Shown: piece by piece, positions 41,223 to 56,956 of the stretch | Position numbering within the stretch: position 1 is the first letter of the stretch | Layout: each line of letters begins with the position of its first letter | Assembly: GCF_009914755.1 (NCBI RefSeq) | Contig: NC_060928.1 | Reading direction: 5' to 3' (one strand) | Origin: the human T2T-CHM13v2.0 reference genome, Homo sapiens | Length of the DNA stretch: 64,000 nt | The notes under the pieces: generated by a model | Seen by the model: the letters and a program-made list of their open reading frames with translations, nothing else | Database searches by the model: none | What the model was told of the DNA's origin: nothing | Position numbers and translations under genes: made by a program

Positions 41223-42001
41223 CCTGATTGTAACCATTTTTGGTGGACTAGACTCTCCTGGGTAGCAGTGAGAAGCAGGAAAGGTAGTAATAGCAGCAAG
41301 TTATCCTATCCCATAACTTTTGGGATAGTTGCTGATACTTCAGGCCGATCTAATAAAGTCATGAGAGGAATAGTTCCTGGTGCCCTCTGTACAGGAAAAA
41401 CACAATGTGGAAAAAGTGAAGCAATGTGTATTAAGTTTATACTGCCTGCGACCGAGTCAGCAAGAACTGTACCAGGTCTGCATTGTTCAAGAAGTTTCTG
41501 AATCTTCATCCTCAAGTACAATTATTTGGATTTGCACTATAAGATTCTTGTAATCTGATCCTGTGCTCATTACATAAACCTTCCCTAAATTCATCAACAG
41601 ACCTTTCCCAAATTGATGTTCCTGGACTCCTTGTTGCCCGCTCCTAATGAGAGCTTCCTTCATTTGCAGGTGGCTTTTCTCATGACAATGTCATTCACAC
41701 GAGGGGACAGTACCAGGCATGCTCCTTCTAACTGAATGCCCATTGTGTTCTTGGCTCTTTGCACTGCTGCACTCAAAATAATGCGAACATCCAACAGCCT
41801 CTTCTCTGCTCTCCCACAATGTCTTGTTCTTTGGTGCAAATTTTCCTAGATTCCCAAATTTAATACATTCCATCGCTGTAATCTAAGCTTCATACATTTT
41901 CCTTCTGCAATGAAATGTTTATCTTCTGATCAATAGTTCGCAAAACCCTACCTGTGGATATCTTCCTGGGATAGGTTCCCTTAGAACCATAGATTTCCAT
42001 C

Positions 42002-42540
42002 TATGATGGTTAGCTTTATGTGTCAATTTGACTGGGCCACAGGGTGCCCAGTTATTTGGTTACACATTGTTCTGAGTATGTCTGTGGGGGTGTTTCTGGA
42101 TGAGAGTAACATTTGGATTGATAGATTGAGTAAAGCAGATTGACCTCCACAATGTGGGTGAGCCTCATCCAATCAATGGAAGACCTAAAGAGAACAAAAG
42201 ACTCAATAAAGGAGAATTTGCTCTCTGTCTGACTGTCTTCAAGCTGGAACATCAGTGTTCTCCAGCCTTTTTTCTGGGACTTGGACTGGAACTTGCACCA
42301 GTAGCTCTTCTGGTTCTCAGGCCTTCAGACTCAGACTGAAACTTACACTATCAGCTCTCCTACCTCTCAGGGCTTTGGACTTGCACTACAACTATACCAT
42401 CAGCTCTCCTGACTCTCCACCTTGCAGACAGCAGATCTTGGAACTTCTCATAATTGTGTGAGCTAATTCCTAGTAATAAAAGCAACTCCCTCATTTATAT
42501 ATATCCCATTGGTTCTGTTTCTCTGGAGAACTCTAATACA
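42002..42540 (+). mobile_element. MLT2 (ERVL) LTR
   Basis: tgatggttagctttatgtgtcaatttgactgggccacagggtgccca...cccattggttctgtttctctggagaactctaataca. Confidence 0.9.
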
Positions 42541-45249
42541 CCAATGTAGGTTAAAAGGTGAATCTCACAAAGTCCAGTAAATGTCACTAAAGAGCAATGA
42601 AGTCATATCAGTGTAAACCAGATGGTAACTGAAGGGTTTTCCTCATTTGCATCCTGAATTTCCACAATACTACTTCCCCACTTCCCAGTACCACTTCATG
42701 GAAAATGTTGGACTTTTCTAGGTCCTAGATAATTAGAATTAAATTGTAAACTTCCAAACCTTTTATGTCTGTGACCTAAAGTAGCTCTCCACTCAGAGGC
42801 TTCAAAAACTGACAACTATATCCTAGATATAGTTTCATTCTCCTGTTCTGTATCCTACCTAAAACATCATCTCCCAGCAGTCAGAGTGAAGAATTGTCAA
42901 CTTTTTGATCTTGTAGTGGTGTTCTGTATTTTTTAAACTGGTATTTCCATAATTTCAAAAAGCATGAAATCCCCTACCTAAAATTATATTTACATTGCTC
43001 TAAAGAACTATCTATGGGCTTCCAGAAAGAAAAGCATGATGGAGTGGTGGTACCTCACTTACTACATTAATCAAGTGACTTGGCCACTCTGTATATGTGG
43101 GTAACAATTCTTAGCTCTGAGGGCTTTATGGGTCAATATGAGATCATTGTCATTCATTTAGCGACTGTTGATTGAACACCTCCCAAGTAGAAGGCATAAG
43201 GCTGTGAGCTCTGGAGGAAACAAAGATCAGTTAGAGAAAGACAGTGCCCTTAAGGAACTTAGAATCTAGAATGGAAGATTAAAATTAATGGCTGTGATTT
43301 AAGGTAGAGAGTGACAGAATACCTTCAACCAGGTCCCAGAGCAAACGTCACCTCCTCCGAGAGGCCTTTGGAGCACTCCAGCTCATGTGACCCTCAAACA
43401 CTCTTTACCACCTTATCTTGTTTCACTTTCTTCTAGCACTTTTATGATCTGCTATTATCATAGTTTTTTACTTTTCTCTTTACTCAATTTCAGTCTGTCT
43501 CTTTCTTCAACACATGAGCCATGTGAGGGCAGAGGCCTTCTCGGTCCTGTTCATCACTGCAAAACCATGATCCACGGATGCTCATGGAGGAGCAAATGAG
43601 AAATTCAAAATTAGAAGTGAATATAATGCAGAAGTGAGAAATTATTTTGATGTGTAAAAGAACTTGGTAAAAAGCTAGCAACTTTTCCAAAGGAAAAAAT
43701 CTGGTTTGTAAGTTTTACGTCGTTTCTGGTGAACTCTACAGAGAAATTTCTTTCCCAAGATTGGGCCTAGGCTCCAGGCCCAGGGAGGAGCCACCATTGA
43801 ATAAGGCTTGAGGAGAGAGGGGAGTCCAACTTCTAACCAACTCCTGGGAGTGATTACCCCGATCTCACCCTAGGTATGGAATGACTGACTGAAGTCATCT
43901 TCCTGGGGAATAAAAAAAATAAAATCAACTCTATTGGATGAAGCAGACTTTCACATTGCTCCTAGCAAATAACTTAATACAATTTGATTTAACAGATGCC
44001 AATGCCTTGTGGGAACAAATATATAAACTTACATCAGGGAGGCTTTACCATTAAGAGTACACTTTATGGCCAATATACGAAGCACCTACAGGGCAACTCC
44101 CCTTCAAAATAGAAAAGAAAAAAAAAAGAACACTGCAAATGCTCTATGATAATTTTTACATGATTAGACAAAGTTTAAACACCTCAGAAAACATCCATGC
44201 TTTGTCTGAAAAAACTATAATTGCCTAATAAAAAGAAAGTCACCTATAATTCCTATGATTTCTTTTCTTATAGTTCTTGTAGGATCAATAATAAAATGCA
44301 AGTTTTTACAACCTCATTATAGTTAAATCGCATTTACTAACAATGACCTCTTTCTTCATTAAAATAATGTTTCCTTCGATAACTACTGCAAGCGTCAAGC
44401 CAATTTACCCAGGGCTGTTTGATTTCCATATTGCTTAGTGCTCGCCACACTGGACTCAACTCTTCATGTTTGCAACCTCAACAGAACTTCTCTCCACTGG
44501 GTGACAGTGAAAGAATACTCTTTCTTTGCTGTTGGATTTGTTCCTGTCCCAGGAAAAAATTAAAGAAATCATCTTCCTATATGTTTCAGCCTGGGACATG
44601 AGTTTGGTGGTAGTTTAAAAATTAATTTGGCTTTGATGTTAGATATAAACCAGGAACTCAGGACACAGTCCACAGGTATTGAAATTCCCCTGAAATAGGT
44701 GTGACAAATGACATCAAGAGCCTCTGCAGGAAAACAACTCACATTTTTAAAATGCCTACTGTATGCTAAGCATCTACATGTGCTATCTTGTTTGATCTAA
44801 TGCCAAAACATTTAACTATGTGTTATTTACTACCATGCTTTATATCCTGCTGTCTGGGGATTTGATGGTGTGAAGAAGTGAGAACCTACACTCAAAGGCC
44901 ATATATTTAAGTTTCATAACAACCTTTTGGGATGAGTGACTACTATTCCCATTTTATATATAATGTAGGTTTCAACTTGGATAGGAGCTCTCTCCATCTT
45001 GCTATGCCCTGTGGAATCTGTTTGCATGAAAGAGTGAAGAAATTTATGACAGGAAACTCACACTAAGGGAAGGGAGAGCTGAGCACAGTGATCTTGACCA
45101 GGTTATGAATACCCTATTTTAGAGGTCAGCAGAATGTGGTGCCTGCTATTGACATCCCTGGACCTATCCATAGGATTCATGTCTGGGTCCTGAGACGGCA
45201 AGGGAATGTAAAAGAAAACAACAACTACATTAATAAATAACACAAAGAC

Positions 45250-45469
45250 CCAGCCTGGGCAATATACCAAGACCCCATCTCTACAAAAAATTTTCAAAAG
45301 AGAGTTGGCCAGGTGTGGTGGCGCCTGCCTGTAGTCCCAACTACTCAAGAAACTGAGATGGGAGGATTGCTTGAGCCTGGAAGGTCAAGGCTGCAGTGAG
45401 CCATGTTTGGGCCACCACACTCCAGCCTGGGTGACAGAGTGAGACCCTGTAAATAAATAAATAAATAAA
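45250..45469 (+). mobile_element. 5'-truncated AluJ with (TAAA)n tail
   Basis: ccagcctgggcaatat...gggaggattgcttgagcctgg...gtgagaccctg(taaa)n. Confidence 0.9.
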
Positions 45470-46049
45470 ACTTTAAGAGTCATTTCTCTGGAAGCTGCAT
45501 GTGCCCATGAGCCAGAAACAGTGGGCTTTAGTGCCACCCTTCTCTGGCCCAGACCAGAGAGTCCCCTGCCCAACATCTATTCTCTCTCTTTGTTTTTCCT
45601 AACATAACCCCAACTTTGTTCAGTTATCTACTCTTCCTTTTTGACCAGGAAGCTTACTCTGGGGAAACGGGCCCCATCCCCAGTCAGGGGGTGCACTTGA
45701 CCCATCTAGGAGTAATCTTTACCCCTTTGCCATTGACTGGCTCAAAAGTGAGCAAGACTCCATCCAGCTTTGATAGGGTCTTGTGAGAAAATTATCTCAC
45801 ATTCCTTTAGGAGAATGTCTGGAAGCCACCTCTTCTCTCTGCACACAGTCACAACGGGCATGTTCTGAAACTGCTTCAATTGTTTTGTTACCAAATTAAA
45901 ACAAAACTGAACACTGAGTAGGCAAAGCCAAGAGACTCACAAGAAAACAGAGTTGAAGTCCATGGTAGTCAACAACCTGAAAGGTGCTTTGGCAGAAACA
46001 ATTCCACCCAAAACTGTTCTCCCCATTTTCCATGGGGTTTTGCTAAGCT

Positions 46050-46490
46050 GGTTTTGCTGAGCACCTGGCCATCCAGAGTAAAGATATCATCTCTCTGCAG
46101 TTTGGTGTGTCCATGTGCTGAGCTTTGGCTGAGGGAATATAAACACAAGAGTCATGTGGCAACTTCTGGGAACCTCCATTACAAGAATGCTGGGTCACGA
46201 ACATCTTCATCTTTCTCTTCTTTCAGTTGCTGGGAGCATGAATACAATGGCTGGAGCTCTAGTTACCAATTCAGCCCATGGGGACAATGCCACACTGATT
46301 TAGGAAATGGCAGAGCTGGAAGGAGTCTAGAAGAAGACGAAAGTTTCTCCAGATTCTATTGAGTGCTGTTATTATAGAAGCCCTGGCCTTCCTATCTCTG
46401 GCCTATATGTGAGAGAGAAACAAAGCTTGTTTAAGCCACTGTTAGTTTCAGTCTCTGTTTCTTGCTACCTAACCTAATCCTCACAGATAC
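46050..46490 (+). mobile_element. Old MLT1 LTR
   Basis: gtggcaacttctggg...cttgtttaagccactgttagtttcagtctctg...aacctaatcct. Confidence 0.6.
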
Positions 46491-48330
46491 ATATACTTTC
46501 TTACCTTTGGACACCTACTTTATTGTTCAACAGACAATTTCCACTTGTTTGAGCCATATTTGGTTGAGTTTTCTATTAATTCTCAACCACAAACATCCTA
46601 AGTAATACACAGAATGAGGTAGTCTTATCTGCACTTAGCTACAAACCACCTTATAGTTTTGACACATCAAGGCATGCAGTATATTGATGGCCACACCAGG
46701 ACAAATATACCATTGGAGAGGTGCTGCATATCACGAGACAGCACTATTCACTAGCAGCCATCAGAAATAAAGGTACCCATCAAAAATTAAAGAGAAAAGT
46801 GCATTCCACATGATGTTTGACGTGATAGCTAAGTGGATTTGTATAGGGGTTAATGAAAGGCACCCTAAGACTCTCAGAAATATTTGAGGAATATTCCATT
46901 GGCTTGATGGAATATTCTTTATCATCCTTAAATTCAGCTGTTTTAAGCAACATGTTGGTGAGAATAGAAAAGGTTGAATTACATACTGATTAAGAAATAA
47001 ACTCAGAAAGAATGTATAACATTCACAACTTCATATAACTAGTCTCACAATTTGAACCAACATCAAATCCTTATGAAGAGATACTTTAATATCATGGGTT
47101 TTTTTTGTAATAAATGTTATTACCTTCCTCTAAACAAATGCATCCTTGTGTTTTGCCAAGAATTTTCTAACATTGGATGAAAACCCAAATCATATTTGCA
47201 GTAACACCCACTTACCCAAGATAACAGAAGATAACCTATCGGGAATATTGGAACCCACAAGTTCCCTTCTAAATACAAATACTTTGACTCTATGATCCAA
47301 TCCCTGATGTTTATTATAAATTTTAAATTATATTTTTCTTTTAAAAAAATCCAGCTCCTGCAGAAAAGTGTATTTTTGGGCTCAATCCCTAAAATTTTTA
47401 ATAATCCACATATTCCCTTTAACCTTAAGTAAGAATAAATAAACTTTAGTCCGGTATTGAAATAATTCAAATAATTTTCACTGTTGTTCAATTGTTAAAA
47501 ATTAGCTCTCCAGTTTCAACCAGTTGGCCTCAGCTTTGGAGCACATGTAAATTGGTAAATCTGGCAGAGAAAAGGCAGACATTTTTCCAAGGATCGGCCA
47601 GAAAATGTGTGATTTTTTTTTTCCCTGCAGGCTGTTGGCTTACCAGTTGCAAGGGGTGAATCTCAAGAGATTCAGAAGCTCAATCTGAATAAACAACCAA
47701 AACTTTGGAGGCTTATCAAAACTCTGGCAAAACTAGGCCAGAAGTGGACTCTGTTTTCTAGTGAGGTTTCCAGTATTTCCTGTTTCCAGTGGAACTGGAC
47801 TAGCTCAGGAAGATTCTACTAATGACTAGAACCAACTGGACATAACTGGAGAACACGGAAAGATTGAAACAAAAAAACAAGAACAAAAACATGAGAAAAG
47901 ATAGTGTGTGCTGTTTCCAGCTGCAAGAGAGATGAAGATCATTCAAACATGGTGCTGAAAGTAAGTTGACCTGTTACTTTTATTTTCCTAGAAAAAAAGT
48001 CTGAAGGGTTTTATTCTTTCTGATTTTGATCTCTGCCCCAAAAAGAGATCTACAAGGTGGCCGCCATGCCATCTATGGTGTGGACTGCAAGCAAATCTGT
48101 GCAATGGTCCAGTGTCATGGAGTGCGATTTATCTACCCTTAGCCATTACTAAATTTGTGGCAACAAGTTGGAAGAGGCTATGATGCAATCTGTGATAAAT
48201 AATAGCCTGATTATGAGTCATCCTTCCCAGAGCCAAACAGGACTATCCTCTGTCATTCCAAAGAGGTGGGCAATAAATCTATTTAGAGAAGGGGATCCAG
48301 AAGAGCCACTGAAGAGCAGAGATAACCCAC

Positions 48331-48981
48331 TGTAGTAAACACAATTCATTCAAACATAACATCCCTTCCCGCCTTTTTGTGTGTCTGCCTGTACAGCAGA
48401 GGGTCAGAAAGTCAAACAGTATTTTCCAGGCTATCTTGCAATAGAGTTCTAGATATTTGGATTCTACTAATTGGAATCACTAGTGAAAGCTTTGAGATGG
48501 TTAGTGAGATGAATGCCTCACTTCTGCTTCTGTTATTTCTGGAGGCAAACACCACTACGGCAGAATTAGTATAGTCTCAGTACCCAGGCCTCAGCCATCT
48601 ATTTTACAAGTGTGGATTGTAGCAGATATGTCAAAATTCTGAAGCTGCCAAATAGCAGGGACTTCCTTATCATGGCATATCACCTGGTCATGTTGTTGTC
48701 TGTGTATCCCATTTCTACTGCCTTCCTGATTGTGGCTCGGATGGGGTATTTCTAGAGCACGCAGCTTTTGCAGGAGCTTTCAAATTTTGTGAGTAGCATC
48801 ATGTTTATGGGAGATTCTGTGGCTGCCTTGGTGTCGCTGTTTTGTAGTATGCCTTTGCTAGCTGGTCCTATAAACAACCTCCCCAGTAATTTGGTAAGTC
48901 ACTGAATACCCCTTAATCCCTTTCTCCTTTAAACTGGCTAGAATGTATTCTGCTCTCTGCAGCTGGACTCTGACCAATGCA
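48331..48981 (+). mobile_element. Old ERVL LTR (LTR41/LTR33-like)
   Basis: Starts tgtagtaaac; tattttccaggctatcttgcaatagag; ends tttaaactggctagaatgtattctgctctctgcagctggactctgaccaatgca. Confidence 0.55.
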
Positions 48982-49796
48982 CCCTCTCCCTTACATCTAC
49001 AGAAATTCCAGTTTCTTCCCAGTTTTGCACATGGACCTGGGAGAGACTGAATGAGGAGTGAGGGTGGAGAAGGAAACAGAAGGGGGGTTTCCAGGAGCTG
49101 ACTGACCTAGGGGAAATTTTTTATCCAGGAAATCTTTTTGAACTGATGAGTTGCAAAGGAGAGAGAAAAACAGAAGCCAGGAAATGGAGCCAAGGTTACA
49201 GCAGAGGAGAAAGTAAATTCTGTGGTAAATGGGAGAGGCTTATGAAGGCAGAGACTGAGAATGAGTTGAAAAGTCAGTAGTAAAAAAGAATTGAGAGCAT
49301 GGGGTAAGGAGAGATTCAACTCTGGGCAATCCCAAGTACTTCAGGTAGCTGAGGTCAAGTTTAGTCTGGTATTGAAATAATTCAAATAATGTTCACTGTT
49401 GGATTGTGAATTAGGTAAAAATAGTCTCAAGTGCCCATCCCACATGCCCTAACAAATTCAGGACTCCTCCTAACACACCAAAGTGCCTTGGAAAGGAGAG
49501 GTAACTCATGTTTTCTCAAATCCTCTCAGGGCCCTGCTTCCACTCTATCCTCCATCTCAGCTTCCACCCTCCAGAAGAGCAGTGCCTCTCCCCAAGGTAC
49601 TGCCTGCAGGACACCACTTCAAATGTTTGGCTTCTCAAAGTGCCACCAGTTCAAGACAACACACAGCAGACTTCACGCAAGGGTTGGGAAACAGCGGATA
49701 TTATAGCGTAGCTTGTTATAGAAAACCGCAGCACTGAATGTGAGTCTCTTTCTTCAAAGTCCCTTGGCCAACGTGGCCCTCAGATGCTTCTCTTTG

Positions 49797-50091
49797 GGTC
49801 CAGGTGTGGGGGCTCACAACTGTAATCCCAGTACTTTGGGAGGCCAAGGTGGGGGAATCACTTGAGGTCAGAAGTTCGAGACCAGCCTGGCAAACATGGT
49901 GAAACCCTATCTCTACTAAAAATACAAAAATTAGCCAGGTATGATGGTGCACACCTGTAGTCCCAGCTATTTGGGAGGCTGAGGCAAGAGAATCACTTGA
50001 ACCTATGAGGCGGAGGTTGCAGTGAGCTGAGATCACATCACTGTACTCCAAGCTGGGCAACAGAAAGAGACCCTGTCTCAAAAAAGAAAAA
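49797..50091 (+). mobile_element. AluS
   Basis: Full Alu body with A-rich tail. Confidence 0.95.
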
Positions 50092-51285
50092 GAAGATTCC
50101 CTTTGGTTCTTTCTCCTCCTTGGGCTCCTGCTTCATCGTGTAATGTGTCAAGACCCTCCTCTTCCCCAACAGCTAACCTCAGCAAATTATTTTTTATTTC
50201 TTCTGTTGAGCCATTTACATTTTTATGTCTCTCCTCATCCAGTGTGGCTGCCCAGATGACATTTTCTCCAGGCAAAATGGGCCATGGAGACAGTTTGTCC
50301 TCTAAGACATTTTCTGCCACTAGCTCTTAAATCAGAGTAGGAGGTGGTTTTGAAGACATGGTAGAGAGGGTTTATTTGGATCAAACTCCTAGAGGAAGAA
50401 TGGGGAATGGCATCCAGGGCTCAGACGGAAGTGACAATTCTCCTTGAACCCTCCCACGAGGTGGGAGAAAATTGCAGAGGTAGGCAAGAGAAGAAGGGAC
50501 AGAAGAGAGAAGACTTCCCACTCTCTTCCTGGAAGGCTGAGAATCAGTGGGCAGTTCCCTTTGCCTTTTAATTCAGCCTTGGTGCATTCCATGATGTCAA
50601 AGCCTGGTGGTTAGGAGTCTGCACTATACTGAGAAAAATGACAGAATTCCAAGCCAAAAAAACAAAGTCTGCGCTAGAGCCAGGTTGCCTGAAAATAAAC
50701 CCTCACTCCACCACTTACAAGCTGCATGGTTTCCAGGCAAGTTTGCCTGACTCTCTGCATTTTGTAAAATGAGGAGAGGAATATTACCTATCTTATAGGG
50801 TTTATGGGAGTATTAAATGAGAAAAGCATAAAATGCATAGAACAGTGACTTAAATATCAAGTGCTCAATAAAAACCAGCTATGTTCTGGTAAGGGGAGTG
50901 GCCTCTTAAAGGAACCAGACTGGGATAGACACATCTTCTAAGACTCAGCAAGAATGAACTGGGCAGTAAAGTAAGATTAAGGGATTGAGTCCCCCACTCC
51001 ACTGTTGAAAGCTATGTGGCTTTGCACACAGTGTGTAACCTGTCCAAGCTCAGTTTCCTTACCCACAAAGTAGGGGTGATTATATCTACCTCCTGGGGCT
51101 CTTCTGGGGATAAAAGACACTAACACTTATAAAGAGGATGGCACAGTGGCACTATAAAGTCTGTCCTTGTCTGGAAAGTGAGCTCCACACCCAGGCTGAT
51201 CCCTCATTCTTACTCTTCCTCACTAGCCAGAAGGGATTAAAAACACCAGCAACAAGAATTTAGGAATGTCTCTCTTGCCTTCCTC

Positions 51286-51587
51286 TTTTTTTTTTTTTTT
51301 TTTTTTTGAGACAAAGTCTTGCTCTGTTGCCCAGGCTGGAGTGCGGTGGTGTGATCTTGGCTCACTGCAACCTCCACTTTCCAGGTTGAAATGATTCTTG
51401 TGCCTTAGCCTTCCAAGTAGCTGGGATTATAGGCATGGCCACCATGTCAGCTAATTTCTGTATTTTTAGAAGAGATGGGGTTTCACCATGTTGGCCAGGC
51501 TGGTCTCGAACTCCTGACCTCAAGTGATCCACCTGCCTCGGCTGCCCAAAGTGCTGGGATTACAGGCATGAGCCACTGTGCCTGTCC
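51286..51587 (-). mobile_element. AluS
   Basis: Poly-T plus reverse Alu; ccttcctct on both flanks. Confidence 0.95.
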
Positions 51588-51590
51588 ACC

Positions 51591-51678
<88 letters not shown>

Positions 51679-51734
51679 TATATATATATACACACACACA
51701 TATATATATATAGCCACTGTGCCTGTCCACCTTC

Positions 51735-51775
<41 letters not shown>

Positions 51776-51799
51776 CAGCCACTGTGCCTGTCCACCTTC

Positions 51800-51858
<59 letters not shown>

Positions 51859-51882
51859 CAGCCACTGTGCCTGTCCACCTTC

Positions 51883-51919
<37 letters not shown>

Positions 51920-51920
51920 C
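51571..51920. repeat. Compound VNTR: 4 x [agccactgtgcctgtccaccttcc(TC)n(TA)n]
   Basis: Identical 24-bp heads at 51571, 51712, 51777 and 51860, each followed by variable (TC)n(TA)n. Confidence 0.95.
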
Positions 51921-52314
51921 TTCCTCCTGTATTCTCAATTGACATTATTAAAAAAAACGATTAAAGTTGAAGCAACAATAAATATATCTTTATAACAATA
52001 ATTCTTATAACCAACTGATTGAATAAACCAGACTTGCCAGAAAGCAGACAGAATCACCTTATTCATTCTCCCATTGCCCAATCAATGTGCTCTTTGGCCC
52101 TCTTCTTCCCTACTCTGGGATGAAACCTTAAGTGAGATCCCATAGCTTTCTCCGTCATTCTTAGATAATAAAATGGTCTTCACATCATGTTCAAACATTA
52201 AGGAGATCCATCCAGTGTAATAACCAAATAATCAAAACTGCAAGCTCCTCCCCTAGTTAAAACTTACCCATTCCCCAACACAGTAGAAATTTACCCCTAC
52301 CGTAGGCAAGGGGG

Positions 52315-52386
52315 TCAATTTCTCTGTACTTCTTACAATTCAATTTCTCTGTACTTCTTACATTTCAATTTCTCTGTACTTCTTAC
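52315..52386. repeat. Minisatellite, about 3 x 25 bp (tcaatttctctgtacttcttacaat)
   Basis: Three near-identical adjacent copies. Confidence 0.92.
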
Positions 52387-52699
52387 TCCATCTCCTACCC
52401 CATTTGTTAGTTTCTGATTATGGACCTTTGGGGTCCAGCATAGGGGGACAGGAGGAGGGGATGGAGGACACGACTTACTTGAAGGGAGAAGCTACTCAGG
52501 GCATTGGTGCCCTGTGGCATGGCGAATGTCCCTGCAGACTCTTACTCTCCTGTAGCTCTGTGGCTGTCTCTTTGGAAAACCTCCTGCTGGGCACCTCCAC
52601 ATCTAACCCTTTTGACATAGGGTTAGATTCCTGTCCTTCAGCTGGCCGCTTTGAACTCTCCACTCAGCTCTGACTTCTAGCAGCCAAAACCTGTCCATC

Positions 52700-53198
52700 A
52701 GGATAAGTGGGCAACTGTCCTTTGCACATCCTCTTATAATTTGGCATGCACAAACAGTATGAACTCAGCTTCCCAAAGAATAACCGGAAACACAACATTT
52801 TCCAGTTCTCTTAGTGCAGGGCATGAACAAGTGACAAAGATTCTATGAATCAGAGGCACCATGTTGAGGCTTTCACACTGAAGTTAAACGTGAGCAAACA
52901 GGCAGGTGGGCATGGCCTCCACGGTGCTGGTGGGTGTGTCCATAGGTGGGTGTGGCTTCCATAATGCTGGTGTGGGTGTCTCCAGGTGCCGCTCAGCCCT
53001 GGAGTCAGTGGAGGGCCGGCATCAGCTGCCTTCTCAGGACAGTCTCTCTGGTGAGGTTCTGACACTTGGTCCTAGGGGAGCAGACTAGGAACTTATTCCC
53101 AATATTTTGTTAAGTCACTAATGCCCTCTGATAAATTCCTTTCTAGTTAGGCTGACTGGCAGTGGTTCTGTCATCTGCAACTAAGAACTCTTACCAAG
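52700..53198 (+). mobile_element. LTR33-like ERVL LTR
   Basis: acattttccagttctcttagtgcagggc...ataaattcctttct...gtggttctgtcatctgcaactaagaactcttacc. Confidence 0.55.
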
Positions 53199-54002
53199 GT
53201 AGAATCCCTCTTCCCCCATGAGAAGATTGTTGAGCCAGCTCCCTTTGAGGATGACTCTAGGCTGGCTTCCTTCCAGAAGTCACATCCAAGGGGTTCACTA
53301 TCGTCAACATGCAGCTTGCTCAGACAACCACCACTTGTCTCCACTCTACTGTCAGAGAAAGGTGATTGGCCCAGCCCCCCTCCTTCAAACTCTTCTCATT
53401 GAGAGTCTCAAACTGGTCCCTGTCCCCCCAGCCCCAAGCTCTAGGAGACTCTTACACATCTCTGCAAGCAGCTCTCCAAACACTTTCCTCACTAGGTTCC
53501 AGGTGAAGGGAACATGCTCCCTTCCCTATCTCTATATAGTGGGCACAGAAATGCCCAGCACCCTCATGGTGTACCCCAACAGCTTCTTACTCTTCACTGG
53601 ACTCCTCATCTCTTTCTTCTCTTCTTCTATAGCCCAGGCAGGGCTGATGGGCTAAAGCTGGCCAAACAAGCTTTGCAATTTCACAGCATGTTCTGCATGG
53701 CTGGCTTTTGGGGCTTTGGGGAAAAAAACTCTACGATATGCATGTGCATCCCTGGCTTCCCCCAACTTCCTGGCTCATCCTTCCCCAGCCTCCAGTCCCT
53801 CATGGGAAACAATCCCTGGCCTCTGGTCGCACATGACAAGGGAGTGGTGGGATCCTGAAGCCATTGAAGTGTGTGTGCAGGTGAGAGGTCTGGAACAAGT
53901 TTAAGAGAGAGAACCTAAATTGGTAGTAAATTAATAAGAAATAAATGTTTACATTCACTCATTGAAAAGGGTCATTTCTAAGCTCAACACATATCAGAGT
54001 GA

Positions 54003-56014
<2,012 letters not shown>

Positions 56015-56351
56015 ATGTTAGAAGCCTTCATACACCTGTCAAATTTTTGTTCAACTTTTAAAAATTAGAGAAAGCAAAGAATGTCAGAAATTACTAGAAA
56101 ATGACTTCTTGTTTGAATATGTGAAAGCATTCAAGAAAAATTAAACCTTTTCATTAGGAAATTTGTACTGAGGGGAATTCTAAGTAATGCAGCAAAAACC
56201 TTTATCTAAAATTTATGTTGTTTAGTGTCGTATTCCAAATGTAATACCAAAATTTTATTGTAAATATAATGGACAATATTCATTTACTCATCTTCATAGT
56301 AGAATCTGAAGCATATAAAAGTTGAATGACACAGAATTAAACATGTATGTG

Positions 56352-56646
56352 GGCCTGGCGTGTTGGCTCATGCCTGTAATCCCAGCACTTTGGGAGGCCG
56401 AGGCAGGTGGATCACCTGAGGTCAGGAGTTCGAGACCAGCCTGACCAACATGGCGAAACCCCGTTTCTACTAAAAGTACAAAAATTAGTCGGGCATGGTG
56501 GCGTGTGCCTATAATCCCAGCTACTCAAGAGGCTGAGGCAGGAGAAGCTTGAACCCGGGAGATGGAGCTTGCAGTGAGCCAAGATCGCACCACTGTACTC
56601 CAGCCCAGGCAACAAGAGTGAGACTCCTCTCAAAAAAAAAAAAAAG
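56352..56646 (+). mobile_element. AluS (Sq/Sx-like) in the pseudogene 3' UTR, followed by (TA)n(TG)n
   Basis: ggcctggcgtgttggctcatgcc...gcaacaagagtgagactcctctc plus A tail. Confidence 0.95.
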
Positions 56647-56653
56647 AATGTAC

Positions 56654-56687
<34 letters not shown>

Positions 56688-56956
56688 ATGAAAAGTCCCT
56701 GATGTTTGTAGACCTTATGAGTATGCTAATGTAGCAAATTTTGGTATATTTCATTTCCATATTGCAACCCAACATGGTTGTCAGGAGAAAATACGTACCT
56801 TTAGTTTAGTAACTATTATGGTACGTGTTAACGTTTTCCACACAAACTACCACTGGTATCTTTATACGTTGATATAATTATATGTGTGTATGTACTTATG
56901 TATGTGTATATATATGGGTGTATATGTAAATATATTTGTACACACATACTAAAATA

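Noticed and set aside
51475-51964. ORFs with [12 protein letters not shown] runs, and a superficially CRISPR-like repeat-spacer layout
   Set aside because: The ORFs are microsatellite translations. The 'spacers' are (TC)n(TA)n rather than unique sequence, the repeat is Alu-derived, the genome is eukaryotic and there are no cas genes.
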